Origin: Eledone cirrhosa
Lineage: Eukaryota
DNA: 64,000 nt
Assembly: GCA_964016885.1 (NCBI GenBank)
Contig: OZ024741.1
Span: 205,158,001 to 205,222,000, forward strand
Direction of reading: 5' to 3'
Below the pieces are notes generated by a model that searched no databases, had not been told where the DNA came from, and saw nothing but the letters and a program-made list of their open reading frames with translations. This document shows positions 26,222 to 39,138 of the stretch, one piece after another (position 1 is the first letter of the stretch; the number at the start of each line of letters is the position of its first letter). A program made the translations under genes and the position numbers.

Positions 26222-26508
26222 AAAATAATATTTGTTTGTATGTCGTGAAATGAAAAAAGCCCATACACCTCCATTAAAGATTTCTACTTTTGGTAAAATG
26301 GAGTATTTAAATAAGACTAATTAGGCAGTACCTGACTGTATTGTGGCACTATTGTAAACAGAGCTAAAGACAAACACCAACACATTGAATGAATTGCAAA
26401 AAAATGCACACCTCTGTGCAAGGTATGTCACTTATAAACAACACAAGTGGGTGTAATAAGTAGCAAAAACTAGTTTAATGAAACAGCAGTTTCTGTAAAA
26501 CCACTAAC

Positions 26509-26589
26509 CACGAAAATATAAGCGACTGTAATGCACAACAAAGCCAAGGCCTGGTATTATATTGGGTGTCTCTTTTGGAAGAACTCCAT
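26509..26589 (-). CDS. Candidate 81-nt phase 1-1 cassette exon (DGVLPKETPNIIPGLGFVVHYSRLYFR)
   Basis: Acceptor acttcacttctatacatatacag, open frame, donor GTTAGT; no recognisable homology. Confidence 0.3.
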
Positions 26590-27160
26590 CTGTATATGTA
26601 TAGAAGTGAAGTAATATAACAGTCAACCTACTTTCACCTGAGGTAAGCATCTTAGCCCACACATATCCATAAAAAGTTGGGCAAATTTTCATAATTTTAT
26701 ACACACACACATGTTGATAGAGAGAAAAATAGAGGAAGAGAGTGAGTGAGGTAGAGATAGAAAGATTAATAGATTTAGAGAGGAATATTGTGAATAATTT
26801 CCATTAGTTAGTAGGTTTCTATATATTTATTTGTATTTTTTATTTGTATATAATAGAGGCTTCATTTTGTTGTAGCAATACAATAGAGTTTGAAATAAAT
26901 GAAACTAATAAAGAGGACCCCTTCACAAAAAAAAAAAAAATTAAATTAAAGAAAAAAACCCAATGATTCTATTTTCAGTGGAGTAAAATACACCACGATC
27001 ACCCCCAACAATAACAATGTACTTATGTCCATGTAATAGGCTGAATCACAGCAATTAAGCTGAAACTTTGACGTCTGTTACTTTTCTACACAGTATTGAG
27101 TGCTCATTGAGTTAATGTTTGAATATTTTAAGTACTATGGCATTTTAAACACCCATTCTA

Positions 27161-27221
<61 letters not shown>

Positions 27222-27618
27222 AAATAACCAAATGGGACCATCAAATACATAAATCTGGTACACCTAGAACAAATGAAATCATTGGATGTTCCTATACGTA
27301 AATAATACACTCCGAAAACAAAGCCAGTAATAAACAAAACACCCAGTGGATAAGACCATTGAATGCCAAACTTATAACTAATACACTCACTAAAACAAAG
27401 CCAATTACAAACTAAATGTTTATACTAGATCCAAGACATCCTCCATAATTCCTACCTCAGACATCATCCATATTTCCTGACTCATACACTGTAAACCCAA
27501 CCACCAACTCACTCTAAACGTGTATAGAGCAGACAACAGACTTTTTCAAGCTACAGCTGTCATATTACATGATTTCTGTATAAGAATAAACAATATTTAT
27601 TATTATCTATTATATATA

Positions 27619-30158
27619 CTAGCAGAGGCACCTGGCATTGCCCGAGAATGAAAGTGGTCTTTATATATTAGAAGAAGAAAGCAAAACATGTAATATAGAA
27701 ATATGTTATTCTAAATTTCGTTTATTCTTCAATTGAGATACATGATGAAATCAGTTCTGGATTCATAATTAAAAAAATAAGCAAAAATGAAAATACAAAA
27801 ATTGTCACTTTTATGAAGGGAGATCAATTCAATCAGATATATTGAGGGAAATTAAGTAAGATCTTCGGGGTAAACAACATTTCTTTGTTTTCTGGTTTGG
27901 ATCATAGACAAATAAGCTTTGTGAACTACCCACCCTGGAGCAACCAATGTAAAGTTGACCATAAGAAAAGCAAGGCTCACTGAAGTGCAAGTCAGTTTAT
28001 TTCAAAGTCTGACCGTGAGCTTTATTGATAGACATTGCAAAGCAAAGTCATACTGAGAATTGTGTTTGATTGATCTCAAATGGCATGTCTGTTGGTTTGA
28101 TTGGAATTCTTGGAATGAAAACATTTTCCTCAGAGACACATCTAGTGATGCTTCAATCACATTAGGTGATAATGTCTTCACAATCAGTTTTGTCCCATTG
28201 CACAATATAGGCGGATCTGAATTTCTTAGAAGCATTATTAGGATTGCAACCTTCAGGAAAAGTTTATGTGGACGAGTTCCAGGAGCCTTAAGAGAATCAA
28301 GGAACTCTGTTGGGTAGTAGACAGCTTGATTTTCATCAAGGACTGAATCAACTGATTTGTTTTCCTTAATTGCTATTGGAATCTTGTTCATTAGCTCATG
28401 GCTAATCCTTGCTACTGTCTTATTTTTTGTGTGCAAGAATTGCCCTTTCACACAACCATTTGTGTTAACTGTAATGTTTGCTTAGGTCTGGAAATACCCT
28501 GTCCTTCAATTCAGATGGGGAGTCCCCCATGGTATCACCGTTTCCATTAATTGGTACTCTTCATGGAATCGGGTTGAAAACTGTGCTGCACATTGGTCCC
28601 CTTATATGTTAGTGATGAAGGAGAATTTTTATACTTTATTCCATAACCACAAGGACTTAATGCATGTTTTTCTTTTTATTTCATCAGCTCTTGAACCTCT
28701 GGGAATGACTGCTAATGTCTGTCTTAAGTCTCCTGATAAAAATAATGTAACTCATCCCATAGATTTATTGTTGCCTCTTATGTCCTGTAAGGTCTTATCA
28801 AGAGCTTTCATTGTTCCTCTATGTGACATGGTGCATTCATCCCAAACGATCAGGTGCCATTGCCGCAAAATTTCTGCTGAACCTGATTCTTTGTCTATTT
28901 TACAAACTGGGCAGTCATTTAGTGTTAATTTCAAAGCTGGGAAAAGGGTGGTAGCAATGCCAGGCGAATCTACAGCAAGTGTAATTCTTTTTTTTTGTTG
29001 CCTGACCTTAGAGAGAAGCAATGTTGTTACAAATGTTTTACCAGTGCCAATTGGAGCACCAAGAAATAAAATTCCTGACTAATGAAATGATTTCATAATA
29101 TGCACAGTGCTGTTCTGGAAGAAGTTTAGGCTCATATTCATTCACAAATGCTGGTAACTATGTGATGTCATAATTTGTCTTTCTTGCAATCTCTCTTGAA
29201 GTTAAACCACTAATTTGACAGTTTGTTTTTGGCAGCCTGGAAATAGACTTTTGCAATTTTTTCTCTCCGATGGTCAAAGCACGATCCTCAATTTCAATCA
29301 GTGCTTGGTTGAAAATATTTTCAGAGAACTGAATATTTATACCTGGGTTTGCCTGTTGAACTGCATACTTTAATTCATCTTGATGTTTCATCCAAAGCTG
29401 TAGGGGACTGTCAATGTGGCACATGTTCAGTGTAATAGTAAAAAGGTTATAGAGCTTCCTTGGAGAATCTGACACTAATACCTCAGTCAATGCAGGGATT
29501 CAATGATCATTATTTTTTAACAATCCCGCCGAGGTTGACTTTGCCTTTCATCCTTATGGGGTCGATAAAATAAAGTACCAGTAATGCACTGGGTAATTGC
29601 TGGCCTTGTGCCTAAAGTAGAAACAATTATTTTTTAACACACCATGTTGATAGCATGCTTCCTTATAAGTTTCACACACTTGACCATTTACTCTCCCCAA
29701 ATCCAGGAACAATTTGGGGCCATACTTCATGCAAAAGGAGCTGTAAGTTGTAGCATTTTGCTCAGCATTGTCCCCATGTTTTCTATTGTGCCATTTATTG
29801 TTCCTCCAAATGTAATAGTTGGACAATCCTGGGTAAAGGAGTTATCTTATCTTCTTGAGATCACTTAAAAAAGACAGTAAAAGCAGTTTCTTTTGGTGAA
29901 AGTGCTTGTTGCAATGCTGTTTGTTCTGTAAAGATAACCCTTTGGCCATCCTCTAGATGGACACTCAGTTGAATGATGGCTGGGTGCCTTTCATCAATGG
30001 GAAAATTGAAGATGTGCCAGAAAGCCTCATTGTTACTGATGTATCTTCGTCTCTCATACTGTGTGACTTCATCAATTTTGTTTATCTGCTGACTGTCATT
30101 CTACATAAGATGTATGTTGCAGCAACTGAACCTTTGTTTACATATTTGCTTGAATGTT
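27619..30158 (-). mobile_element. Decayed Helitron (Rep C-terminus + PIF1-like helicase) with intact 3' end
   Basis: KYVNKGS, RYIS..EA.W.IF.FPI.ERHP, GTGKTF, IVWDECTM, YPTEFLDSL..PG.PHKL, MLLRN..P.LCNGT, QLYIGCSRV; 3' GC hairpin CTCGGGCAATGCCAGG then CTAG-T at 27619-27622. Confidence 0.92.
29523..29625 (+). mobile_element. 5'-truncated SINE family 1 inserted in the Helitron
   Basis: 14-bp TSD ATTATTTTTTAACA at 29509-29522 and 29626-29639. Confidence 0.92.
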
Positions 30159-32744
30159 CTTTACACACACACACATATATATATGAAACACATGAAAAGT
30201 AGCAACAACACATGTATGATTATCATTTAACATGTGAAAATAAATGTTGTAACAGAGAACAAATGCAACAGAAAGAGAGAGAGAGAAAGAAACAATTCCA
30301 CTATCATAATTTAACATGTTTTTCCTACTAGGAAGGGTTGGACAGATTGTCACTAACCAAGCAAGCCAGCACTTAATTGGAGCTACATGCTTAGCAGACG
30401 AACCATGAGGCGGGAGGGGCTGCATCTTGTTTACATACATTCCCATACTCTACACAGTGTATTTTATCATGGCACCAGCATTAGGGTGGTTGTCATGACA
30501 CAGGTGAAGAATTCTCCCAGCCTTTTGGCAGGTTTTCTTTCACCAACCACCTTACAAGGTGTACTGAGTGCATTTTTCATACCAACATTTTATGTAAAAT
30601 GTTTCATTGATGTTTTGCACAGCCAACCTAGTGTTGTTTTTTATTTAGTTAAAAAAAGAAGAAGATATATATAGGTTAGTCATGTGAATATTACTTTTAT
30701 ACGCACTCCTAACCTGGTGATACTGATTCTGTTGAGGCCTGGCATGATCATCTACAGGAATAATATAAGCAAAGACTGAAATGAAGCTAATGATGCTTGC
30801 AACACAGTGAATCTTGCCAAAGACTTCTAAGGACTAGGTGGGGATGTTAAACTGTGCAATGTATCAGTGTCTCTGCACAAATGTAAATAACTACGTTTCA
30901 AATGGTTTAATCTGCATTCACTATCAGTTGCCATAATTATCATGTCTATGTGAATGACCTTAGGCTGAGACTGAACCCATAATGCTGGTTCATGCAAAGT
31001 TCTGATGTTCCTATATCCGTTACATGTGAAGGTACTTGGCCTCATGTTTAGGGTGTTGAACTCATAAACATAAGATTCAATTCCTGGACTAGGCAGCTCA
31101 TTGTGTTTTTGAGCAAGATACTTCATTATGTGAAAAACAGACAGAGACTATGTGTATGAGTGTCTGATAAGTTATATATAAATAAAGCATGTGAGTGAGT
31201 GGGAGAGATGAGAAAAGGGAAGGAAAAGGATAGAAGGAAAGGGATGGAAGGGAGGAAGAGGGGAAGAATGGCAATCAGCTGTTGCTTTTGCTGTGGATTA
31301 GTGACACTTTTACTTGATGATGATGATGACATAAATATGGAGGCAAATGCAGAAACATTAATGAAGCCACCAAAATTCAGATGAGGAAAGGGAAATACCT
31401 CACCCAAACTCTCACACATATACCTCTACAAATACATGAATAATGTAACCAAAGAGAAATTTTAAAATAAAAGAAAAGAAGCAATGATTTATAACCAGGC
31501 CAAATGGTTTGTTTTTGGAGGAGAGTATAGTTAATTATACAGTATTGAACCCAATATGGATGTAGCATGGCCAAATGGTTAAAAAGTTTGCTTTACAATC
31601 ATTAGATCTAGATTTTGATCCCATTCTGTGGCATTTTGAGCAAGAGTCATTTACCATAGCCTTGTAAGTGAAATTGGGTTGACAGAAAATATTTGAAAGA
31701 CCGCTAGATGGACTGTATCTGTATTTCAAAGAATTACAGTAAGGGTACATGTGTGTGGAATCTTCAGTGACTTACATGGTCAATTCATGAGCAGGCTGCT
31801 CTATTGATTGACCACTGAAACACTCATCGTTGAAACTGATGGAGGTCCATTGCATTGAGCCCAGTACAAAACTGATACATATTTCATCAATAGCAGAAGG
31901 ATAAAAAGTAAATTTAACCTCAATGAAATTTGAGTTCAGGGTTTGATGATGATGATGATGATGGTTGAGAGGAGTCTTCAGACATGTCAAAGATATTGCA
32001 ACCTCTGTAGTGCTGGTACCACAATAAAATATACCCAGCGCACTCTGTAAAGTGGATGGTGTTAAGAAAGGCATCCAGCTGTAGGAACCATACCAAAAAA
32101 TAGGTTGAGATGGACCTTCAGTCATGTGAAGGACTTAGCAACCACCCTAGTGCTGGTGATACAAGAAAATGCACCCTGTACACTCTGTAAGGTGGTTGGC
32201 GTAAAACAGGGCATCTAGCTAAAGAAACCATGTTAAAAAGGAACCTATTTGAATGAGACATTATCCCCTGTTCTGTTTAGAAGGACAATGGCTCTAATAA
32301 AGTATTGACTTAGTCAGTAATGACCAGTCCAAACCATGCCAGTATGGAAATACAAATGTAAAATGAGGATATGGATAACGAATGTAAAGGGATGTAAGTG
32401 TGCTACAAGACATTTTGGTTGGCAATTTACTGCTTCGGTCAATTTCATAACAGCAATAATAATCATTTCTTTTATTTGTCACAAAGGTAATGTATAAAGA
32501 GACATTACGAGGAAAAATTACAAAAATGGTAAACAATAATGTAAAAAGCAGTCATGGAAAACTAAAGCTTACCTAAGAAATGAAACGAGACATCCCTAGA
32601 GCAATTGAGGAAACCCTACATATCTCGGATTATCCTGTTTACCAAGGCCAAAGTACCATTTCCCAACTGTTCTCTAGCCTACAGTTGCATATTGAAAGTA
32701 GATCATCCATTTGTCCAGGCCATATTTGCCTCACTCTATCACTT

Positions 32745-33005
32745 CTTGTTCTTTACCCATCTATTTCTGGGAGAGTTCTAGGGCTGAATCCTCTGACATG
32801 CCTTCCAGAGAATTCTATCAGAAGCAACTATCTCCAATTTATCTGGTTGGATCCCCAGGCCGAGCCCAATCAAGCTCATGGATGTTAGCCAACTATCTTG
32901 TTTTAGTCTACCTGCAAGTTGGTTTTTGCCCATAAAATCTGTCTAGTGATTCTTTCCTTTGACATTCTAACCACATGTCCATAATATTGGAGCTGTAATC
33001 TCTTT
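32745..33005 (-). mobile_element. 3' end of a Rex3-like RTE LINE
   Basis: Reverse complement QLQYYGHVVRMSKERI.RQIL.. plus 3' UTR and GAA-rich tail, matching 56170-56445. Confidence 0.75.
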
Positions 33006-33206
33006 CGCTATTACCACCACACAGAGGAAAACTGCCTGCATTTCCATGCCAAAGGAAGTTGATGGGGCAATCATCACAATGAACTTTTTGAGGGAGGAAC
33101 TAGAATCACAAGAGTCAATTATACTGACTTAATAGTACTTTATTTTATCAAACCCAGAAGAACCAAAGACAAAGATGAGTGGAGCCAAAACAAATAATGC
33201 AAGGTA

Positions 33207-33376
33207 CCATATTTCCCGGCGCCAAAGATGCTTTGTCCTCGAGCATGCACCCTAATTTTGACAACCAAAAATTTGAAAAAAAAAAAAAAAAATAACCTTC
33301 GGCGTCCAGGACGCATGGTAGATTTTTGAGACTTATTTTATGAAAAAAGTAGCGTATTCAACACCGGGAAATACGG
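33207..33376. mobile_element. Tc1/mariner (pogo-like) MITE inserted in a SINE
   Basis: TA-CCATATTTCCCGG ... CCGGGAAATACGG-TA. Confidence 0.85.
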
Positions 33377-33952
33377 TATGACGTCTGATGCTTTCCCAAT
33401 TCTGCCAAGGATGATGTGTAAAATAAATAAATCTTAATAATAATACCCAAGTATCACATGACAACCACTTTGTGTTAGATTATTCAGGAGATGATAATTT
33501 GACATCTTTCTTCCTCTTCCTTTTTCTCTATATCTATCTATTTATCTACCTAACTCTCTAGCTACCTGCTGGTCTACCTATAAGTCTATCTATATAACTG
33601 TCTATTTATTTACCTACATATCTATCTACAGTTCAGTTAATCTATATTTATCTATGTATATTTACGGTGGTATCAAATTTTAGTGAAGGACAACAATAAC
33701 AACAACAAAGCACACATCCTAAAAACAGTTTGAAAATAGATAGATAGGTACATGGGTAGAACAAAGTTATAATTTAGTGCAAATATATTTAAATAATGAT
33801 TAAAATTAATATAGCAGAAAATTATTGTAATTGATTTAAATGAATGCAAAGTGAAATATTGTGATGGCTTGAGTGACAAGAAGGAGATCAAGGAAAATCA
33901 AAGATTCAAGCAATTTTACATAACTAAAATTTTTTTCCATATGCTGACATGT

Positions 33953-34152
33953 NNNNNNNNNNNNNNNNNNNNNNNNNNNNNNNNNNNNNNNNNNNNNNNN
34001 NNNNNNNNNNNNNNNNNNNNNNNNNNNNNNNNNNNNNNNNNNNNNNNNNNNNNNNNNNNNNNNNNNNNNNNNNNNNNNNNNNNNNNNNNNNNNNNNNNNN
34101 NNNNNNNNNNNNNNNNNNNNNNNNNNNNNNNNNNNNNNNNNNNNNNNNNNNN
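33953..34152. other. Assembly gap (200 N)
   Basis: Run of N. Confidence 1.
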
Positions 34153-34867
34153 TATATATACATATATACATATACATATATATATATACATATATATACA
34201 TATATATATATACATATATATACATATATACATATATATATACATATATATATATACATATATATATATACATACATATATATATACATATATATATACA
34301 TATATATATACATATATATATATACATATATATATATACATATATATATATACATATATATATATACATATATATATATACATATATATATATATACATA
34401 TATATATATACATATATATATACATATATACATATATATATACATATATATATACATATATATATACATATATACATATATATATACATATATATATACA
34501 TATATATATACATATATATATACATATATACATATATATATACATATATATATATACATATATATATACATATATATATACATATATACATATATATATA
34601 CATATATATATATACATATATATATACATATATATATACATATATATATACATATATATATACATATACATATATATATACATATATATATACATATATA
34701 TATACATATATATATACATATATATATACATATATATATACATATATATAGATATATACATATATATATACATATACATATATATATACATATATATATA
34801 CATATATATATACATATATATATACATATATATATACATATATATATACATATATATATATATATAC

Positions 34868-34898
<31 letters not shown>

Positions 34899-34911
34899 CA
34901 TATATATATAC

Positions 34912-34950
<39 letters not shown>

Positions 34951-35406
34951 CGTCCAAACCCATGCAAGCGTGGAAGATGGACGTTAAACCATGATGATGA
35001 TGATACATATATATATACATATACACATATATATACATATACATATACATACATACATACATATACATATACATACATACATATACATATACATACATAC
35101 ATATACATATATATACATATACATATATATACATATACATACACATACATATACATATACATATATATACATATACATATACATACACATACATATACAT
35201 ATACATACATATACATATATATATACATATATATATACATATACATATATATATACATATATATATACATACATATACATATATATATACATATATATAT
35301 ATATATACATATATATATACATACATATACATATATATATACATACATATACATACATATACATACATATATATACATATACATATATATACATATACAT
35401 ATACAT

Positions 35407-35447
<41 letters not shown>

Positions 35448-35461
35448 TATATATATATATA
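34153..35461. repeat. Long compound (TA)n/(TACA)n microsatellite
   Basis: Direct reading; source of the 300-600 aa YI/MY-rich ORFs. Confidence 0.98.
34951..35004 (+). mobile_element. Extremely 5'-truncated RTE 3' tail inserted in the TA microsatellite
   Basis: CGTCCAAACCCATGCAAGCGTGGAAGATGGACGTTAAACC followed by ATG repeats; nearly identical to 17886-17948. Confidence 0.9.
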
Positions 35462-36313
35462 TTTAGACAAAGTGTGTGTGAGTGTGCATATATTCATACA
35501 CACACGCGTATAAATACATATAATTGTATTAAAGCAAGAGCAGTTCAAAAAAAATAATAGAAAAAAACTATAAAAATGGAATTTAAAGAGAGCAAAAGGG
35601 AGAGAGGGGTGAGAGAGAGAAAAACGAAGAGAGAAAAACGAAGAAAGTAAAAGAAAAAAAACATGAAGCAATGCATTTTGGCAATAAATGAAAGAGAGGA
35701 AGAGAATAAAGAATGTAGATAAGATCTAAGCATACCACGTTATCCTGATGGGAAGCCAAGAGAGGAAAGAAAGGAGAAATGGAAATTTAAAAAAAATTTT
35801 TTTTTTTTTTGAGAGGGGGGTAAATATATTCAAAACAATTCTCAAACTCAACAAACAACTAAACTCTCACACACAGACATTATATATATATCCAACAAGG
35901 CTAACCTCTGCCACAAACAAAGGAAAAGATAATCAATCTTGTGTATATATTACATATATAAATATGATGTGAAGGCACTCTTGTTTTAAAAATATTCAAA
36001 TGAAATTTAGAAAAATTTCAAACAGAAGATCAAACAAGAGAAGAGGCACGAAAAAAAAAAAAAAAAAAAAATACAAACAAAAAAGTTTACAAGACATCAA
36101 ATATCTCCAAGATGTTCATATTACTGTGATATGTTGTTTCTTAGGTCATGAAACCATAAAAAATATAATAAAATAAATCACACACAAGCTAAAATAGGAG
36201 AGAAGATTCACTGGTCTAAATTGAAACAGCAATTCATCAAACAATTCATCAGACAAGATGAGCAAAAAAAATCAGAAGACAAAATCAAAAAAAAGCACAA
36301 AAAAAAAACAAAC

Positions 36314-36328
36314 CTGAGCTGTGATCAC
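36314..36328 (-). CDS. Candidate 15-nt microexon GTGATCACAGCTCAG
   Basis: Acceptor aattttgttgctgttatag, donor CAG/GTTTGT, frame-preserving length, U/G-rich downstream intron. Confidence 0.3.
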
Positions 36329-36400
36329 CTATAACAGCAACAAAATTATGAAATTATGGAATATATATATATAACCATACACACACATACATATATATAC

Positions 36401-36447
<47 letters not shown>

Positions 36448-36449
<2 letters not shown>

Positions 36450-37699
36450 AAGTTTGTCCCAAAAGTAAGGGCAATGATGGCTTATTAAAATGTATATTAA
36501 TCATACATGAAATTACAAGTTATCTCTTTCAAAATACGACCCTTGGGAAGTCACACAGTGGTTCCAACGTTTTTTCCATTGATTGTAGCAGCACTGGAAG
36601 TCATTTTCTGAGTGTCCTTAGCTCATCAGTCACAATTTTTTCTATTTTTTCCAGTCTCCAAAATGATGATCCTTCAACTTTGATGTCAACTTAGGGCGAT
36701 GGTAGAAATCACATGGACCTATCGAGAGGATGTGGACCTACCGAGGCTATCGAGAGGATGTGGAAGAATGGGAATGTTTTTCTTCACCAGAAATTCTCTA
36801 ATTGAAAGTACTGTGTGAACAGGCACCTTATCATGGTGCAGTACCCAATCTCCTGCAATGTCCTTTTGGACTTGCTGGACCTGTTTTCAATGTTGTTCCA
36901 TGACATCTTTGTAGAAGGTGCGATTAATTGCCTGTCCTAGTGTAAAAAATTGTTTGTGAACAATACCACGAATGTTGAAAAAAAAATGATAACATTTTCA
37001 CCCTGGATCTTATGTGAGCTTTCTTCAGACAAGAATTTTTCGTATGCCACTCCTCACTTAGCCATTTTATCTCAAGATTGTACTCAAACACTCATGATTC
37101 ATCTCCAAGAAATTTGGTTCAATTTCAAGTCTTTCTAGCAAATCCTGACAAATTTCCAACTGGTTCACTTTTTGCTCCACAGACAAGTGTTAGGGCACTA
37201 GTTTTGCACAATTTTTTTGCAGGAGCAAGTGGTCTGTTAAAATTCTGTGAAAAGCATTTTTATCCTAACACTTAATCAGCGATTATTTGCCATCACCACC
37301 CACATTACTTCCATATTTTGTTCATTTGTTGACAAGATTGGCCTTACAGAATGAAGTTTGTCTTCAACATTTTCTTGGCCCTCTTTGAAAGATTTCTGCC
37401 ACTTAAAAACCTTATTTCTCAATAGAGTAGTATCTTCATAAGCTTGTGTTAAAAAATTAAATGTTTCAGTGGCAGATTTGTTCAATTTCACACAAAATTT
37501 GCTTGTGTACCGTTGTTTGATATTTATAACAGAGGTTATAAATATGTCTGTACATAAATAGCAATAACTCACAACTGACTTCATCGATCATGTTTAAACA
37601 GTCAAGGTCATAACCAACATGCCTATATACATCAACGAGGACCTGTGTTGCTATGTCATACATAGGACAATCAGTACCCTTACTTTTGGAAAAACCTCA
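36448..37699 (-). mobile_element. Decayed mariner transposon (~1.25 kb)
   Basis: ~30-bp TIRs (AAGTTTGTCCCAAAAGTAAGGG / CCCTTACTTTTGGAAAAACCT) in TA runs; transposase N-terminus QRY.SKFCVKLNKSATETF..L..AY..VFKW.KSFKEG.E.VED (ORF 37276-37584) and C-terminal W..CV..QGSYFE. Confidence 0.9.
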
Positions 37700-37700
37700 G

Positions 37701-37732
37701 ATATACATATACATATATATATATATATACAT

Positions 37733-37763
<31 letters not shown>

Positions 37764-37824
37764 CATATACACACACATATACATACACACACATACATAC
37801 ATACACACACATACATATATACAC

Positions 37825-37855
<31 letters not shown>

Positions 37856-37878
37856 TACATACATATACATACACGCAT

Positions 37879-37930
<52 letters not shown>
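37701..37930. repeat. (TA)/(CA) compound microsatellite
   Basis: Direct reading. Confidence 0.97.
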
Positions 37931-37933
<3 letters not shown>

Positions 37934-38679
37934 TATGTACAGCCAAAGCTAATCAGTAGAATGCACCCTAAAAAAGGAAGAAAAAAACATCTTGCTTAAT
38001 ATTTGGTTTTATTCTCAGCCCCAGATTAATAATGAAAAGGTTATTTTATTAAATCTTTTCAAATATTTGACTGTCTGGAAAATTAGACAGGTTGTCACAT
38101 TATTGATGAGGGATAGGCTTGTTCATATATTCCATTTTAGAAAAAGGTTTCTTAAGCAGGATGCCCTCCCTAATGCCAACCTCCTCACGGTGTGTACCAG
38201 ATTCATTTTCTCATGGCACCACCACTACCATCTGGTAGAGTTGACTGGGTGCTTTTCGTGGCACTAGCACTACCACTTTACAGTGTAGACTGAGCACATT
38301 TTATTGTGGAACCATTACTACCATATTTCCACACTAAGGTGCTCATGAGTAGGAAGAGGTAGCATCTGGTGGTATTGTGGAGTGCACCTGGCTTTCCATG
38401 TTGGTATAGTTGAGCAGAGTTAAGACCAATCCAAAATATTCACACATGCATGTTTCGACTATGAATTCACATATGTGTCAGTAATTGTGTGCCACTGTGT
38501 GTGTCTGTGTATCACCAAAACTAAATATAAGTTTCTTAATCAGTATGTATGTAAAAAAGCTTCATTAAAAACTATTTGTAAGTCATTTAGGATTAACAAA
38601 AAACAAAATGTTTTTCTACATATGTTGCACCCAAGCAACATCAGGTACCACTGCTAGTATGAATGAGTGAGTGTGTACA

Positions 38680-39138
38680 CCATATTTTACAGCTTATAAG
38701 ACACTTTTTTTTTTTCAAAAAAGATATCACAGAAATTCATCTTGTATCTTATAAGGTCAATGGTCAGTTTCAGTTACTGGCTAGAGGGCTTCTAGTGCAG
38801 CAGTGGCTCTTAAATTAAACCGCAAACATTTCCGCAAATGTAAAGAAGGTGGCGATCACTTCTGCACCAACAATGGCAACTGTTTTGTTTAAAAAATGTG
38901 CTTAATATTTCAACAAAAATACAATGTATAAAATAAAGTAAATTTATTTTCACACTTCCCTATGTTTTAAAAGTGTACTAAAATATTACAACTAGAATTA
39001 TGATGTAGAACGATAAAAATACAATGTACAAACTTTATACCCTTCACCTGACATTTGTAGTTTAAACCCATTTATTTATTTAGATATTTGAAATGCCTGC
39101 CCAAATTGAAGTACTTCTTATAAGCTGTCAAATATAAT
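38680..39138. mobile_element. pogo/Tigger-like MITE
   Basis: Ends CCATATTTTACAGCTTATAAG / CTTATAAGCTGTCAAATATA. Confidence 0.7.

Noticed and set aside
33836-35671. Long ORFs of 300-611 aa on both strands
   Set aside because: Translation of the TA/TACA microsatellite and the N gap; not genes
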